A DNA stretch of 63,826 bases, counting the filler, from Globobulimina sp. (taxonomy: Eukaryota), in the NCBI GenBank assembly GCA_003354225.1. It is 44 parts of 44 records of this genome, joined end to end, with 100 filler letters (N's around TTAATTAATTAA, not from the genome) between each part and the next. Parts side by side here need not be neighbours in the genome. Positions count along the whole stretch, not along the records: positions 34,882 to 36,234 come from PIVH01018110.1; positions 36,335 to 37,687 come from PIVH01018111.1; positions 37,788 to 39,140 come from PIVH01018112.1; positions 39,241 to 40,593 come from PIVH01018113.1; positions 40,694 to 42,046 come from PIVH01018114.1; positions 42,147 to 43,498 come from PIVH01018115.1; positions 43,599 to 44,950 come from PIVH01018116.1; positions 45,051 to 46,402 come from PIVH01018117.1; 36 more parts are not named here. One strand, written 5' to 3'. Within the stretch, counting starts at the first letter, position 1. Each line of letters starts with the position of its first letter. Below, one piece after another: positions 35,628 to 47,954 of the stretch. The notes under the pieces are model-generated. The model searched no databases. It was not told the origin of the DNA and saw only the letters and a list, made by a program, of their open reading frames with translations. The position numbers and the translations under genes were made by a program.

Positions 35628-36234
35628 TTAAAATTTTATAACAACATTACTTCGTTCAGAGTCATCAGAACCAGAATCCGAAGAAGAAGACTCACTTTCG
35701 TGCATAACCTCTGTATTTTCAACATCGCTGTCCTCAGACACATACACATCCTCATCGTCCCCATCATTATCCCCATCAAGCTCCTCATTTTGAAATTCTG
35801 CTGGCATAACCATGAACGTTCCAGTTGGTTGATGCTGTATTGCTTGTAATTCAATCTCTTCTTCCTCTTCAACTAATTCCTCTTCTTCTTCCTGATTGGC
35901 TATGTGTGCATTTATTGCTCTTTCCTTTTGCAACAATGGTATCGCTTCATTTATCCATGAAACTAACTCTGTTTTATAACAATTATTACTTGCAACTTTC
36001 CGTAGCCACTCGTCCTTTATCAATGCTTCTGCACTGGGTCGCAGACTGCCTTTTTTCTTCAAGCATCTGGCTATAAATTCGATAAATCCATCTGAAAAAT
36101 TCAATTGCTGCACAATGTACTGAGGGATGGTTGGCGGCGCATTCTTTGGGATCATAAACATTGCTTTCATCGGTTTGTATTCAGACAACGGTGGCCGCCC
36201 AACGCTTATCTCAATAGCAACAATGCCTAATGAC
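35628..36234 (-). CDS. STE20/MST-family kinase, C-lobe plus acidic tail
   Basis: SLGIVAIEISVGRPPLSEYKPMKAMFMIPKNAPPT...FIARCLKK...RPSAEALI. Confidence 0.88.
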
Positions 36235-36334
36235 NNNNNNNNNNNNNNNNNNNNNNNNNNNNNNNNNNNNNNNNNNNNTTAATTAATTAANNNNNNNNNN
36301 NNNNNNNNNNNNNNNNNNNNNNNNNNNNNNNNNN

Positions 36335-36835
36335 GAAGACATCCGTTCGTTGAAAGCAGATAAATCTATTGTTTGTTCATCAAAGAAATTGAAGAAAGGA
36401 CAAAATATTAATTTAAAGAAACAAACATTGAAGTTCAAGAAAACCAAATATTTGGCAATATATATCAGCTCAAATCAAAATGATTCTGAAACAACGTTTA
36501 TTAACAGTATTCAGTTTAACTCAGGAGTTGGAAAACATGAAAATAAAACATATTCATTTGACACCACTGATAAGCAGAATCAACGTAAATTGCAGCAAAT
36601 GTCAAAACACTTCAATGAGTTGCATATATTATCGGCCCCTAATACAAACCATTTTTTAGAAACAAACGTTTCAGCGACAAATTGTGGTTTTCAACAATGT
36701 TCTGCTCTGTTCAGAATTTTTATGATTCTTCAACGATATCATAAGTATATTCGACAGCAAACTAACAAACATAAAAAAGATATTGCGAGTATTGATGGAG
36801 TATATGGAAATGATTATAAAACACAAATTCCGTCA
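36335..36835 (+). CDS. PITH-domain-containing protein fragment
   Basis: LKFKKTKYLAIYISSNQNDSETTFINSIQF matches the PITH C-terminal motif KFQNVxxxxIFxxxNQxxxExT. Confidence 0.65.
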
Positions 36836-36950
36836 TTTATAAATGACAGATATTCTATAAATGACAGATTCATTTATAAATTCTCCATTGACATTTATAA
36901 ATGACAGATAAATTCTCCATTGTCATTTATAAATTCTCTATTGTAATTTA
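36836..36950. repeat. Short imperfect tandem repeats (TTTATAAATGACAGAT / AAATTCTCCATTGxCAT)
   Basis: Repeated 16-22-nt modules that interrupt the coding frame. Confidence 0.75.
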
Positions 36951-37569
36951 TTGTCCAGTCAGTTTAAGTGTCGAAGCTGAAAAGTGTTTAACCCCACTCA
37001 GTAAAAACCAAAAAAAATTTGGAGATTGTGGACATCGATATCCCAACCAAGACAGACCAAAGAAAAATGTAATCCCAACCAATGATCCTACATTATTGAA
37101 ACATTGTGGTTCATGCATCAAAGTACTACAATTCGCAGAATTAATTAGGAAATTCGTATTGGAGGAAGAACATTCAGAGGTCGTTGAATCATTGTGGCCA
37201 TATTGGAGGAATACAGAGAATTCAAATGAACAATCCATTAATAAATACTATAAATATATCCAACGTTACAGTTTACAGAATTTATATGCAGAAAATGATG
37301 TAGTCAAAGCTTTAGTGGCAAATCATATTGATTATAGTGATAATAAATCAGCGATTAAATTCACTGTATCACATAACAAAGCTAAAGAAGTATTTTTTGA
37401 ACATATTTTTGAGAAAGAAAATAAGTATTATTGGTGGTATAATGAAAAGATCAATGTATTTATTTATAAAACATCGAAAAGAATTAGGATGAATACAGTT
37501 ATTTTGAAAAGGGAGAAGAGAAAGAATCGAAAAGGCGGACATGATATCATAGGACAAGATTTTTTATAA
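36901..37569 (+). CDS. Hypothetical protein
   Basis: 222-codon ORF with no recognised motif. Confidence 0.45.
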   Translation: MTDKFSIVIYKFSIVIYCPVSLSVEAEKCLTPLSKNQKKFGDCGHRYPNQDRPKKNVIPTNDPTLLKHCGSCIKVLQFAELIRKFVLEEEHSEVVESLWPYWRNTENSNEQSINKYYKYIQRYSLQNLYAENDVVKALVANHIDYSDNKSAIKFTVSHNKAKEVFFEHIFEKENKYYWWYNEKINVFIYKTSKRIRMNTVILKREKRKNRKGGHDIIGQDFL

Positions 37570-37810
37570 CTATTTTCAATATCATGTGATCGATGTTTGT
37601 CAATGACTGAGTTATTTAAGTGGGAAATTTCTGTTTTTTTTTGTTTTTATTTTGCAAGTTTGCCAAAAACTAACTAACATCTTTATTNNNNNNNNNNNNN
37701 NNNNNNNNNNNNNNNNNNNNNNNNNNNNNNNTTAATTAATTAANNNNNNNNNNNNNNNNNNNNNNNNNNNNNNNNNNNNNNNNNNNNGTAAAAGCGCACA
37801 GAATAAGTGA

Positions 37811-38731
37811 GTGTTCATACACATAACTATTCCTCCCCAACCCCAGAAAAAACACACACATACAATACACAGAAACGTGGAGAATCCAAATGGAAATCAA
37901 CGTTCTGAAGACTTCATTATCAAATTACACCGTCAACAAAAACGACATGGTATTATTCACAATTCAAAAGAATTACTATCCGATCCACGTCGGGTTGTAT
38001 TTGTATCACTAATCGGTTTGTATCAAACCTGGTCGATGTGTCCGAGCCCTATTTTGTACTCGGCAATTTTTATATTGCCAATAAAAAAGAAATGGATCTA
38101 TTTCCCCAAAAAGTATCAACATGAAATCAATGAAAATAGTCTCGGAAATATGACTCTGTTTCGCGATAAAATCATGTTTCAGCAATTTCTATCTTTACTA
38201 AAATGGAAAGACAGCCAAGGTTTATTATTTTGCATGCTCGGCACTGACCAAATAACACATTCTGACGATTTATTCGCGCCGTTTTGGCGGCATTTTAGTG
38301 AAGTACTCAGCAATTTGTATGATCCCATCACAAAATCAAAATATAACCCCATTAAATTGAGTGCAAAATGGTGGCAATATAGCTTTAACACATTCATTCC
38401 GTCAAAGTATGCGGTGAAAGCGCCCAATGTTTTGAATGAATTATATTTCGTGACGATGAAATTTAAAGTGATGCAAGAAATCATTTTCCAATCAAATCCA
38501 AACTCATTGAAGCCAATTTTCTCATATATTCCCGATATTGCATTGCATGAAAAAGACGACAGCGCGATGATGAAAGGATTTGTTGGTCTGAGAAAGAAGC
38601 CGGAATTTAATGGATTTGTTTGTTTTGAGCAGAACTGCTGTCCGGATATGGACGAAAGCGACGAAGAACAGAATGACAATGGAGGGACATGGATGATATC
38701 AAGCGATTATAACGAATATGACTTAGCATAA
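37811..38731 (+). CDS. Hypothetical protein (3' exon)
   Basis: ~300-codon open frame in AT-rich DNA followed by an AT-rich 3' region. Confidence 0.55.
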   Translation: MFIHITIPPQPQKKHTHTIHRNVENPNGNQRSEDFIIKLHRQQKRHGIIHNSKELLSDPRRVVFVSLIGLYQTWSMCPSPILYSAIFILPIKKKWIYFPKKYQHEINENSLGNMTLFRDKIMFQQFLSLLKWKDSQGLLFCMLGTDQITHSDDLFAPFWRHFSEVLSNLYDPITKSKYNPIKLSAKWWQYSFNTFIPSKYAVKAPNVLNELYFVTMKFKVMQEIIFQSNPNSLKPIFSYIPDIALHEKDDSAMMKGFVGLRKKPEFNGFVCFEQNCCPDMDESDEEQNDNGGTWMISSDYNEYDLA

Positions 38732-39240
38732 ATATATAAAATATACCGTATAATATATATTATATTCAAATTTATAATTAAAATTTAAAATATATATAAA
38801 TAATATCATAATTATTTTTTATTTATAAATGCTTACAACTATGTATTTTATATTAAAACCGTGGTTTTGAATGAATTCTGTTTTTCTAAAAACTACATTG
38901 TGTGGGACAGAAATATCATTTTGGACCGCCACAAATTTATAATAATAATAATTATGCATTTTTCTGTTGTTGTTTTTTGTTGTGACCTTTTTTACTTTCT
39001 TGAATGCGACTTTTTTTTTTAGCATTATTGCTATTGTTTGACTATTTGTTCTCTTTTGTATTGAGTGCGACTTTTTTTTTGATAGTCACGTGTTTTTTGT
39101 TTGTCCCTACGGCAAGATAACTAAACCCAGTTTAGTTTATNNNNNNNNNNNNNNNNNNNNNNNNNNNNNNNNNNNNNNNNNNNNTTAATTAATTAANNNN
39201 NNNNNNNNNNNNNNNNNNNNNNNNNNNNNNNNNNNNNNNN

Positions 39241-39796
39241 TGGGTACTTGGCCAATGCGTTTAGATTTTAACAATGAGTGCAATCCATTTAAATCGTCAG
39301 TGCTGACTCTAATTATTGATGATGCTCTTTCAAAGCATTCACATCCACACTGATTATAATTATATGGTTCATTCAAATGTATTTCAATCATATTTGTATT
39401 ATAACATTTTGGTCCACAACATGGACAGTCTCCATTTAAATTGTAATAAATCACTTTGCCACAACAATCGTCTGCAGCACCAAAACGAGCACCGCATATA
39501 TTGTGAGATTGGATTATTTTAAATGAGTTAATATTGCCATATTGAATAATTATTCCTCGCCTCAATGAACGAGTCGGTAAACAGCAATGAGCCGTTCCAT
39601 AATCCACATCAATCGCAGTTAAATATATTCTCAATGATTTGTCGTCGATTTCTTTGATAGTCAACGATTTCAAATACTGTGCATACCAAAAAAACCCTAT
39701 GCTCCAATAAAAAGCACCGGCTACTCCATAACCCCAATATTTAACACAACCACCATTATCATGGAAAATATTCCATAAATCATATATCCAATCCAT
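39241..39796 (-). CDS. Cys-rich single-pass membrane hypothetical protein
   Basis: One hydrophobic segment and several CC/CxC clusters. Confidence 0.5.
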
Positions 39797-39997
39797 ACAT
39801 CACTTTCTTGGCTATGAAAGTAAGCCATCTTCACAGTTGACAAAGTTTGTAAAGTTTTCTAAAATACAAATGATATCAATAAAATGGAAGCTGTACAAGA
39901 CGTATCTTACCAACGAACAGCTGGATTATGTAACAATTATATAAAATTTCTAAATATAGAAACACCGCAAATATAGAACAAGTACAACAAGCCCAGC

Positions 39998-40593
39998 ATG
40001 GAATTCCTTTATACGAATATGTTTCATTTTGTTGTGTATGGTATTACAGGCGCATTAGGTGCGTTTTTTGTATTTATTTGGGTTATTTATAAAGCAAAGG
40101 GAAAGCAGTTATCATTTGTCAGCGTCATGTTGGATCTTTACCGATACTGCGGATTGTTCACTTTGAGAAGACATAAAGCGGCGTTTCGTTTGTCTGTGAA
40201 TGAAATAAGAAACCAAGCTCTATCAGAATACGATGAAGAATATCTCTCCAAACACCCATACATTCATTTATTACCATTCACAGCACCGTCAAATGAATTT
40301 CGTAAAAGCGATATGAATTTTATCAAACTCAAGTCAATGAATTCAAACATTACAAAACCACAGCAAGTGAGGGGAAGGCTCAATTGGTTCATGCAAGTGA
40401 TGCTTGGACAGCCCTCATCGATCTGTAATACCATAATTAATGATATTTATATCAACAATATAAAATTAGGAATCATATCTTATGCCGGATCATCAGTTGA
40501 AAACGGGATAATTTTATATTGTCATGGTGGTGGATACGTTGTTGGCGATTATAAATATCCCAATGCGATGTTGTCGTTATTGTCGCAGTTAAC
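39998..40593 (+). CDS. Alpha/beta hydrolase (hormone-sensitive lipase-like family), N-terminal part
   Basis: N-terminal TM and IILYCHGGGYVVG oxyanion motif. Confidence 0.85.
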
Positions 40594-40693
40594 NNNNNNN
40601 NNNNNNNNNNNNNNNNNNNNNNNNNNNNNNNNNNNNNTTAATTAATTAANNNNNNNNNNNNNNNNNNNNNNNNNNNNNNNNNNNNNNNNNNNN

Positions 40694-42046
40694 CGCAATT
40701 GTATCATATGCATATTATTTGTGTATCGTATCACATATTTTATGCAGTTTAATGCAAGAAGCAAAACATTGTCCTTTCCAATTTACTATAACCTTTATCT
40801 GCAAATCTGTCCTATCCACAGATGGCAATAAAGTACGCCGCCCTCATTTAGATAATTATTTATTAGGCTTAAAAAGGAAAATGACATTGCGTGGACATGA
40901 TGGCCTGAGTTTGCCTGAACATATCCAAGAAATGGCTGCATTCTTAAGTCCTTTTTTTAGATCAAAAAACTCAAAAAATAAAAACCAAACTTTAAAAAAA
41001 AAGAGAATAAATCTTATCATTGACCGCCGACAAAGCAAAATAAATTCAAATGAATGTGTTTGTTATACGCGTTGTACACGTTTTGATCCAGCAGACCCAC
41101 AGAGAATAATTAAAATGAATGTAAAACCGAGTATACCCAAATTAAAAGCAAAAGTTCAAGGCAATTCCAATTTATTTCATATCAATTTTTATAACTTCAA
41201 ACCTGATGAAATCATGGCATATTTTATTCGCTCTCAAAGCTGCATCCGATTCTTCCCCGAATTAATGATGAATATGTGGCCAAAGATATTTTATGGAGAT
41301 CCCAAATCGTTGTTAGACATCGTATACAAACACAAATTTCGACATTCATTTGCTGTCAAATTGCAGGACAAGCAATTCACACAGAATTATTATGCTATAT
41401 TTAATCAGAAATTTGTGAGTATTAATTACTTTCGACCCATGATGAATATTGACGAAGATTCCAATGATGACTCTCAGTCTCAGTCTGACTCCGATGGCCC
41501 ACTGCCATTTTTAAAGCGATATTTATCGCAAGAATTCGTGGGATTAACTTCAGAACAATGCCATTGTAACGAAGAAATATTACAAAACTTTTATTTTGTT
41601 TCCAGCGACGATTATTTCGAAATGTGTCCCCTAATCAAACGCATTGCATTTTTAATGTCACATCAAAATTCATCCGAAAAGATTGAAAAATTAATCGAAA
41701 TATTTCGAGACTCCGGTTATACAGTAACGAATCTGATGGATGATGTCTTTCATTTATTCGACCAACATAAGTTTGTATCCAATGACACTGCACATGCAAA
41801 GATTAAAAAATATATCATCAACGATGCCAATATTGAGGAATGCGACGATGACGATTGCGATGCGATGCAAAGACACTGCAGGAAAGCCGCCAGTTCCTTG
41901 AACGTAAACGCAGTAAACACAAACAACAAAAGTAATCCCCGAGCCTCAGAGTGGTATAAACACAAAAATGAAGAAATAAAAACATGGATTTCTCAATTTG
42001 ACAAAATACATTGCAGTTTGTTTCATAACAAGGCCAAAACATTCCG
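40694..42046 (+). CDS. Hypothetical protein with a Cys/His-containing lineage-specific module
   Basis: Whole contig is open; CPLIKRI..LMDDVFHLFDQH..C..C..RH..FDKIHCSLFH. Confidence 0.6.
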
Positions 42047-42484
42047 NNNNNNNNNNNNNNNNNNNNNNNNNNNNNNNNNNNNNNNNNNNNTTAATTAATT
42101 AANNNNNNNNNNNNNNNNNNNNNNNNNNNNNNNNNNNNNNNNNNNNGGTTGGTTCGCCCCAAAAATTGACGGTTGAATACAATGTGTAACACACGGAAAG
42201 CAAACTGAATATGGTTGTAAATAGTGAGGGTCCGCAACTATTAAAGATTGTCCATGTCACATAAACAAACAATAAACCATATAAAAATAAATAAACGAAG
42301 CCAACTTGAGCTCCTTGTTTGATTCTGTCAAGTCCTGCCATTAACACTTTGATACTCAGTATGAATTTAGAGGTTTACAAAATCTTTCTACTTAAAAACT
42401 TTATCTCATCATACATACATATTTATCGATACTTTACTTTCACAATCTGTCCATAATTCGAAACACACAGTTTGCGATATTATA

Positions 42485-42892
42485 ATGGAAGTTGTTGACG
42501 GCATCACGTTCCAGTTTCTCAAGGACCCATTCGCTAAACAATGCGAGCCCATCCAAAAGGTTACGTTCCTTTACACAACTAAACAACCAGCTGTTGGGCA
42601 GCGAACTGAAACACAATCCGAAGTGTCGGGAGTCGGTTGGTGCAGATTCAGTGGTATTATTACTGACATTCATGCTCCTCCAACGGAACAAGAATTAAAA
42701 GAACTTAGCAAACCATTCGTAAATTACTTATGTCCGTGCGGTAAATGTGGAGCTGATTGCAATTGTGGGCTTTCTGCAGCTTTTGGCGCTGAACATGGAC
42801 AGAGAGTGACGGGTCGAGCCATCCTTAACTTTGATTTTTATGATAAGATGCATGGAAGGTGCTGTCAATATAGACCAAGTTTACGAAATTGA
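42485..42892 (+). CDS. Cys-rich hypothetical protein
   Basis: 135-codon ORF containing CPCGKCGADCNC. Confidence 0.4.
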   Translation: MEVVDGITFQFLKDPFAKQCEPIQKVTFLYTTKQPAVGQRTETQSEVSGVGWCRFSGIITDIHAPPTEQELKELSKPFVNYLCPCGKCGADCNCGLSAAFGAEHGQRVTGRAILNFDFYDKMHGRCCQYRPSLRN

Positions 42893-43213
42893 ATATCAAA
42901 TTAATGGATAGTAACAAAAGTTTCGTTTGGAACGCGGTGGGAGCACAACGTTTGGATGTCGAAGGCGATGCATTTAGGAATTCGATGCATCAAATTCGAA
43001 GGCGATTAAGTTTATGCAAACAACAACAAACATGCCCCATCATGTAAAAAGAGGAAAATCCAAACTGAAAAATGATTTGTAGCCAATTGTAGGTTTATTT
43101 TTGCCATATGATTTAATGATATATTCAGATATAACCCAGCCACTGTAAAACTTAATTTTAATTATCTTTTACTGCTGTTTTTTTTTGATAAATAAAGCTT
43201 GACAGTTATAATC

Positions 43214-43498
43214 ATGGCAGACGAGAAAAAAGAAGAAGAATGTGTCCGTGTTGTAATTACCGGCGCAAACAGAGGATTGGGATTCGAATTCAGCAAACAA
43301 TTATTACAAAGAAAAAATTATCATATTGTTGCTTGTTGTCGAACACCATCGAAAGCAGCAGAATTACATAAATTGGCGGAAGCGAATGTCGATCGAGTCA
43401 CCATCCTACAGTTAGATGTAACAAATGATGACCACATTTCATCGCTCGTCGCCGCATTACAAAATAAAGCCATCGATATATTATTATTAAATGCAGGA
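43214..43498 (+). CDS. Short-chain dehydrogenase/reductase (CsgA/C-factor-like) N-terminus
   Basis: VVITGANRGLG, LQLDVT, IDILLLNAG. Confidence 0.93.
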
Positions 43499-43598
43499 NN
43501 NNNNNNNNNNNNNNNNNNNNNNNNNNNNNNNNNNNNNNNNNNTTAATTAATTAANNNNNNNNNNNNNNNNNNNNNNNNNNNNNNNNNNNNNNNNNNNN

Positions 43599-44950
43599 TC
43601 AATTTCATCATCTTCTAATTGAATTTTAGCAAATGTTACTTTTTTTCTAATCATTGGTGGAATTTTTTCTTTTGCATACTGAGATTTCATAAACTCCAAA
43701 TATCGATGAATAATTTCATCATCACTACAATCTTCCTTTGTTTCTCGCTGATTTGAATTATTTTGTTCAACATCCTCTTCGTCAACATCCATGTCATCAA
43801 CATCCATTTCGTCTTTAGCAGTTACATTTTCAGTCATATTTGCCATAACATCAATTAAAGCAGTATCTGTTTCAAAATTATTGTTATCTTTATTTTCTGC
43901 TTCATTTTCAATCCAATCTTCTTTCCACGCAGTATTTTTGCCTTTTTCTCTCGGCCAAGGTCTATATTTTATTAATTCATTTTTACAAAATTGTGTGAAT
44001 AATGGATGTTTAGGATCTGCTGGGATTTTAGGTTTCCAATCAATAATTAAATACTTGTTTGGTTCAATTTTTCTTCTTTTTAATTGTGATTCTTTTTTGG
44101 GAATATCTATTACCCTAAACTGACGAATAAATTCAGACAAATTCATGTTTTGTAGATTTTCATCAATTTCAAGTCTATTCTCATAATAATCCATCAATGA
44201 TTTTTTAATTATAAAACTTTGTTTCTTATGTTCTTCATCAAAAAATCTTGTAATTTGCTGATTGTTTTCTAAATGACAATTCACAAAACTCCATTGTTTG
44301 TGTTGAACTAAGTTAAGTTCAGATGCTAAAAGCAATTGTATCACTTCTTGATGTGATCTATCTTGTTGTCCTATGGTCGCGATCATCATTTTTCGAAATG
44401 CAGAATCAGAGCTGTTTGTTTTATCCTCACTGCCAATGACTTTGCTCATGATTTGATTTACATTGTCGCTTCTTGTTTCTGCTTTTGCCGCATATTTAGC
44501 AATGTAGGCAACACATGCACGCCAATCTAAAATAATTTGCATATCTACATTGGCTCTCCAGTTGGATATTTGAGTGCGACAATGCTTATTCATCATTTCA
44601 TCATTTCTTTTTGTAATAAGTATAACAGAATAACTTCCATCCTTTTTTAGCTTAAATTCAATGGTGGTTTTATCTATTGGTGACTTAAATGGGAAGTCAA
44701 ATTTGCAATATGAGTCACCATTTTTTTTATATCGTGTACAATATGAATTGCATCTATGACGTTGTACTGTATTTATTATATCACTATAATCTTTATCAAA
44801 ACTAGTAATTTCTTCATATTTTTTATGACTGGGATGTTCTTGAAAATGTGGTTTTGGAAAATTTGCTTGATCATCAGTGTCTTTAATTGGATTAATTGTT
44901 GTAATTAATATATCACAAAAATTTGTAACTTTTATTTTTGCTCGTTTGCC
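43599..44950 (-). mobile_element. Helitron (Helitron2/Helentron-like) Rep-helicase fragment
   Basis: VQRHRCNSYC...CKFDFP...KRNDEMMN...WRANVDMQII...YIAKYAAKAE (catalytic YxxKY)...LIKYRPW. Confidence 0.9.
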
Positions 44951-45050
44951 NNNNNNNNNNNNNNNNNNNNNNNNNNNNNNNNNNNNNNNNNNNNTTAATT
45001 AATTAANNNNNNNNNNNNNNNNNNNNNNNNNNNNNNNNNNNNNNNNNNNN

Positions 45051-45500
45051 TATTTCCACATCCCGCTCCAAAAAAATCATCTCTAAACCTCCCATCCATC
45101 AGAACTTCCAACGCCGACCACCTTGAGTAAATCATCTCTAAACCCAATTGCTATCTCTTAGTAAATTATCATATAAAACGAGTGATAAATCCGCATAACG
45201 ACATGCCCAGCTTCTCCCCATTCCGCATCCTCGCCTTTTAATGAAATGTTGTCCATTCCATACCACCACGCCGCGTCTCAGTGCAACATTTAATAAATCT
45301 AAAATGCACTCAATCGACGGATGCAACGCGAGTAAATCTGCATTTTCACTCAATCTTAATTTTAATTGTTGTAACCCATATTTATGTAAAATAGATGGAT
45401 ATAACTTTACCACATCGAACGACCATACAATAAAATCTTTTTTGTTTCTGATATGCCACTGAATTTCTTTATTTTCATTGAAATTTATAACTCTGGTATT
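45051..45500 (-). mobile_element. Second Penelope-like RT fragment, disrupted
   Basis: SFDVVKLYPSI, WNGQHFIKRRGCGMGRSWACRYADL, then a frame break before GRFRDDFF. Confidence 0.75.
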
Positions 45501-45604
45501 GGGAGCATGTCAATAGAATGTAATCGCTATATTGCATATTTTGAAAGTGGTCCCACCCACCATCCATGGTACCATTGTGAGTGACTTTTTTTGCCTACCA
45601 CGTA

Positions 45605-46099
45605 CTAACTACAAGTATTAAATATATAAAAAACAAAACAAATACAAATAATATATATATTTTCATCCAAATTCGTTGGCTTTCTTCCGCATTTTCTACA
45701 CCCATACATATACAAAAACATCCGCGATTGACATCCATCACAATAGAATTCCTTAAGCAACGGTATAATTTGCTGCGTCAATCCATGTTCCCCTGGACAA
45801 TTAGTTGGTATTTCTTTCTTTTTCTTGCTTTTCTTTTTCTTTTTCTTTCTCTCTTTCTTCTTTTTCTTGCTCTTCTTTTCTTTTTGTTTCTTGTCTTTTT
45901 TCTTTTTAGGTGCTTTTAGTGATGGCACCAATTGTAAAACACGTCCATAATCCACTGGCGGCGGCAAATTGTTTGTATTGTCACCGTACGTATCGCCTTC
46001 CTTGTATTGAATTGGCGGAAGCCGCGGTTGATACCGAATATTAATTAGTTCCCTTTGTACGCGGCGCTTAGCGTTCGCCACAACACATATTTTGTCCAT
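45605..46099 (-). CDS. Lys-rich hypothetical protein with Cys cluster (zinc-binding-like)
   Basis: Poly-K tract, then NCPGEHGL..FYCDGC..MYGCRKC. Confidence 0.45.
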   Translation of the reverse strand: MDKICVVANAKRRVQRELINIRYQPRLPPIQYKEGDTYGDNTNNLPPPVDYGRVLQLVPSLKAPKKKKDKKQKEKKSKKKKKERKKKKKKSKKKKEIPTNCPGEHGLTQQIIPLLKEFYCDGCQSRMFLYMYGCRKCGRKPTNLDENIYIICICFVFYIFNTCS

Positions 46100-46502
46100 A
46101 TTATCGTTGAATATATCTAAACCATACCATGCGCATCTTTGTGGAATTCTGGAGGGAAATCTTTTGATCCCTTTTTTTTAAACCATACCGCTCCCAATAT
46201 TTGTCTTCGTAATGCTTCTTTTTATTATTTGTCTTCGTAATGCTTCTTTATATTATCTTTAGTCAGTTTCATTATGAGCGTTAGTAGTTAAGTGAGGTTG
46301 ATGTAGATTTTCTACTGAAAAAAAAAAAAAACCACCTTCGCTGAAAATGTGGTCCAACCCACCGACCGATTACATTATATTGACATGCTTTTTAAATAAG
46401 AANNNNNNNNNNNNNNNNNNNNNNNNNNNNNNNNNNNNNNNNNNNNTTAATTAATTAANNNNNNNNNNNNNNNNNNNNNNNNNNNNNNNNNNNNNNNNNN
46501 NN

Positions 46503-47854
46503 TTTGTATGCCGCAGAAATATGGCACGCAGAAAAACATCCATTGGCACCTAAACTGCGATCGCTGTATAACGATATGATAAGACATTGTAATGGGACGC
46601 CGCGATCAAACTCAATCAGATGGCAACATGTACAAATTGGAGAAACTGATATCGATGATATGATTATGCAAAAAAAATCGATGTTTTGGTCGCGTTTAAT
46701 CAGGTCTCCGGACACGAATATATTGAACAATATCATCGCGAGCAATTATTGGTCAGTTTGGAGTGAAGAGAGAAGTAATGAGGAAAATGATTACTTTGTC
46801 AGCGGTCAGCAGACAAAAAATGAAAATAAATATCAAAACTCACTCAAAATCACTGTCAAGAATGAGATTCGGAGACATGGAATGAGCGAGGAATGGTATT
46901 TTAAGGATAGAAATAGGATTGGAATGGGATACGAATGTAAACAAACACCGAGGATATATCGTCGTAAATATAAAGGGCGGTACCATATTATGTATGAGAT
47001 ATTTGACGCTGCGAAGTGCGTAAAAAATTCGGACTATAATTTTATGAAAAGCATTGAGTATGAAGTCGTCCCAAAACGTATCTCATATCAATGTGATTAT
47101 GTACAAATTCCGAAGAATTTAATATATGAAACTAGTGATGATCCGGCACAGAAACTATCTTTTAGTAAAGAATGGGTTGGAAAGTGGGCAGATAGCCTGT
47201 ATTGCTATGATATAGATCCGATGGAAATGTACAAAGTTGAAAATAAGAATATTCAGCTTATTTTCTCGGATGGATCCAATAAAGATATGTGTGGCGGAGC
47301 AGGTTACTGGTCTTGTAACTTGGAGTACTATTTGAATAAGGCAGATTTGGATGAATTGAGGAGAGAGAGCTATGTATCATTAGACGCAAACTGCTCAAAT
47401 GGTATTAGTACATTTTGCTATGGGGCATACCATACCGGCATAAGAAGCTCAATTGATCACTGTGAGCTAGATGCCGCCATACATGGTATGTCGGATATGT
47501 ATAAATACTGTTATGAGATATATGAAATTGAGGAGAGGGAGGTACCGGGCTATGTATGCATTGCCATTGACAGTGAAACAGTGGTAAAATGGCTAGCCGG
47601 TGAGTGGCAGACGAATGACATGCTGGTTCAGAATAAAATAAAGAGTTTCTATGAAGCGGTTAATGACTTATCGGACTTTAGCATCGATGTACATATTATT
47701 TGGGTGAAAGCCCATAATATGGAGATAGGAAATGAAGCGGCGGATGACATGGCGAAGGCTGCTATGTTTAACATCCACCAAACGCGGCAATGGAATGAAA
47801 TCGAGAAGAAATACACAGAAAATGAATGGATTCATTATGGAATGAAGGCAGTTA
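46503..47854 (+). mobile_element. Non-LTR retrotransposon ORF2 fragment: post-RT region plus RNase H
   Basis: YAAEIW, FSDGS, CELDAA, IAIDSETV, WVKAH...GNEAADDMAK (RNase HI D-E-D-D set). Confidence 0.85.
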
Positions 47855-47954
47855 NNNNNNNNNNNNNNNNNNNNNNNNNNNNNNNNNNNNNNNNNNNNTT
47901 AATTAATTAANNNNNNNNNNNNNNNNNNNNNNNNNNNNNNNNNNNNNNNNNNNN

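Noticed and set aside
42147-42341. MAGLDRIKQGAQVG, reminiscent of Romo1/Mgr2
   Set aside because: The downstream sequence lacks the Gly-rich Romo1 pattern
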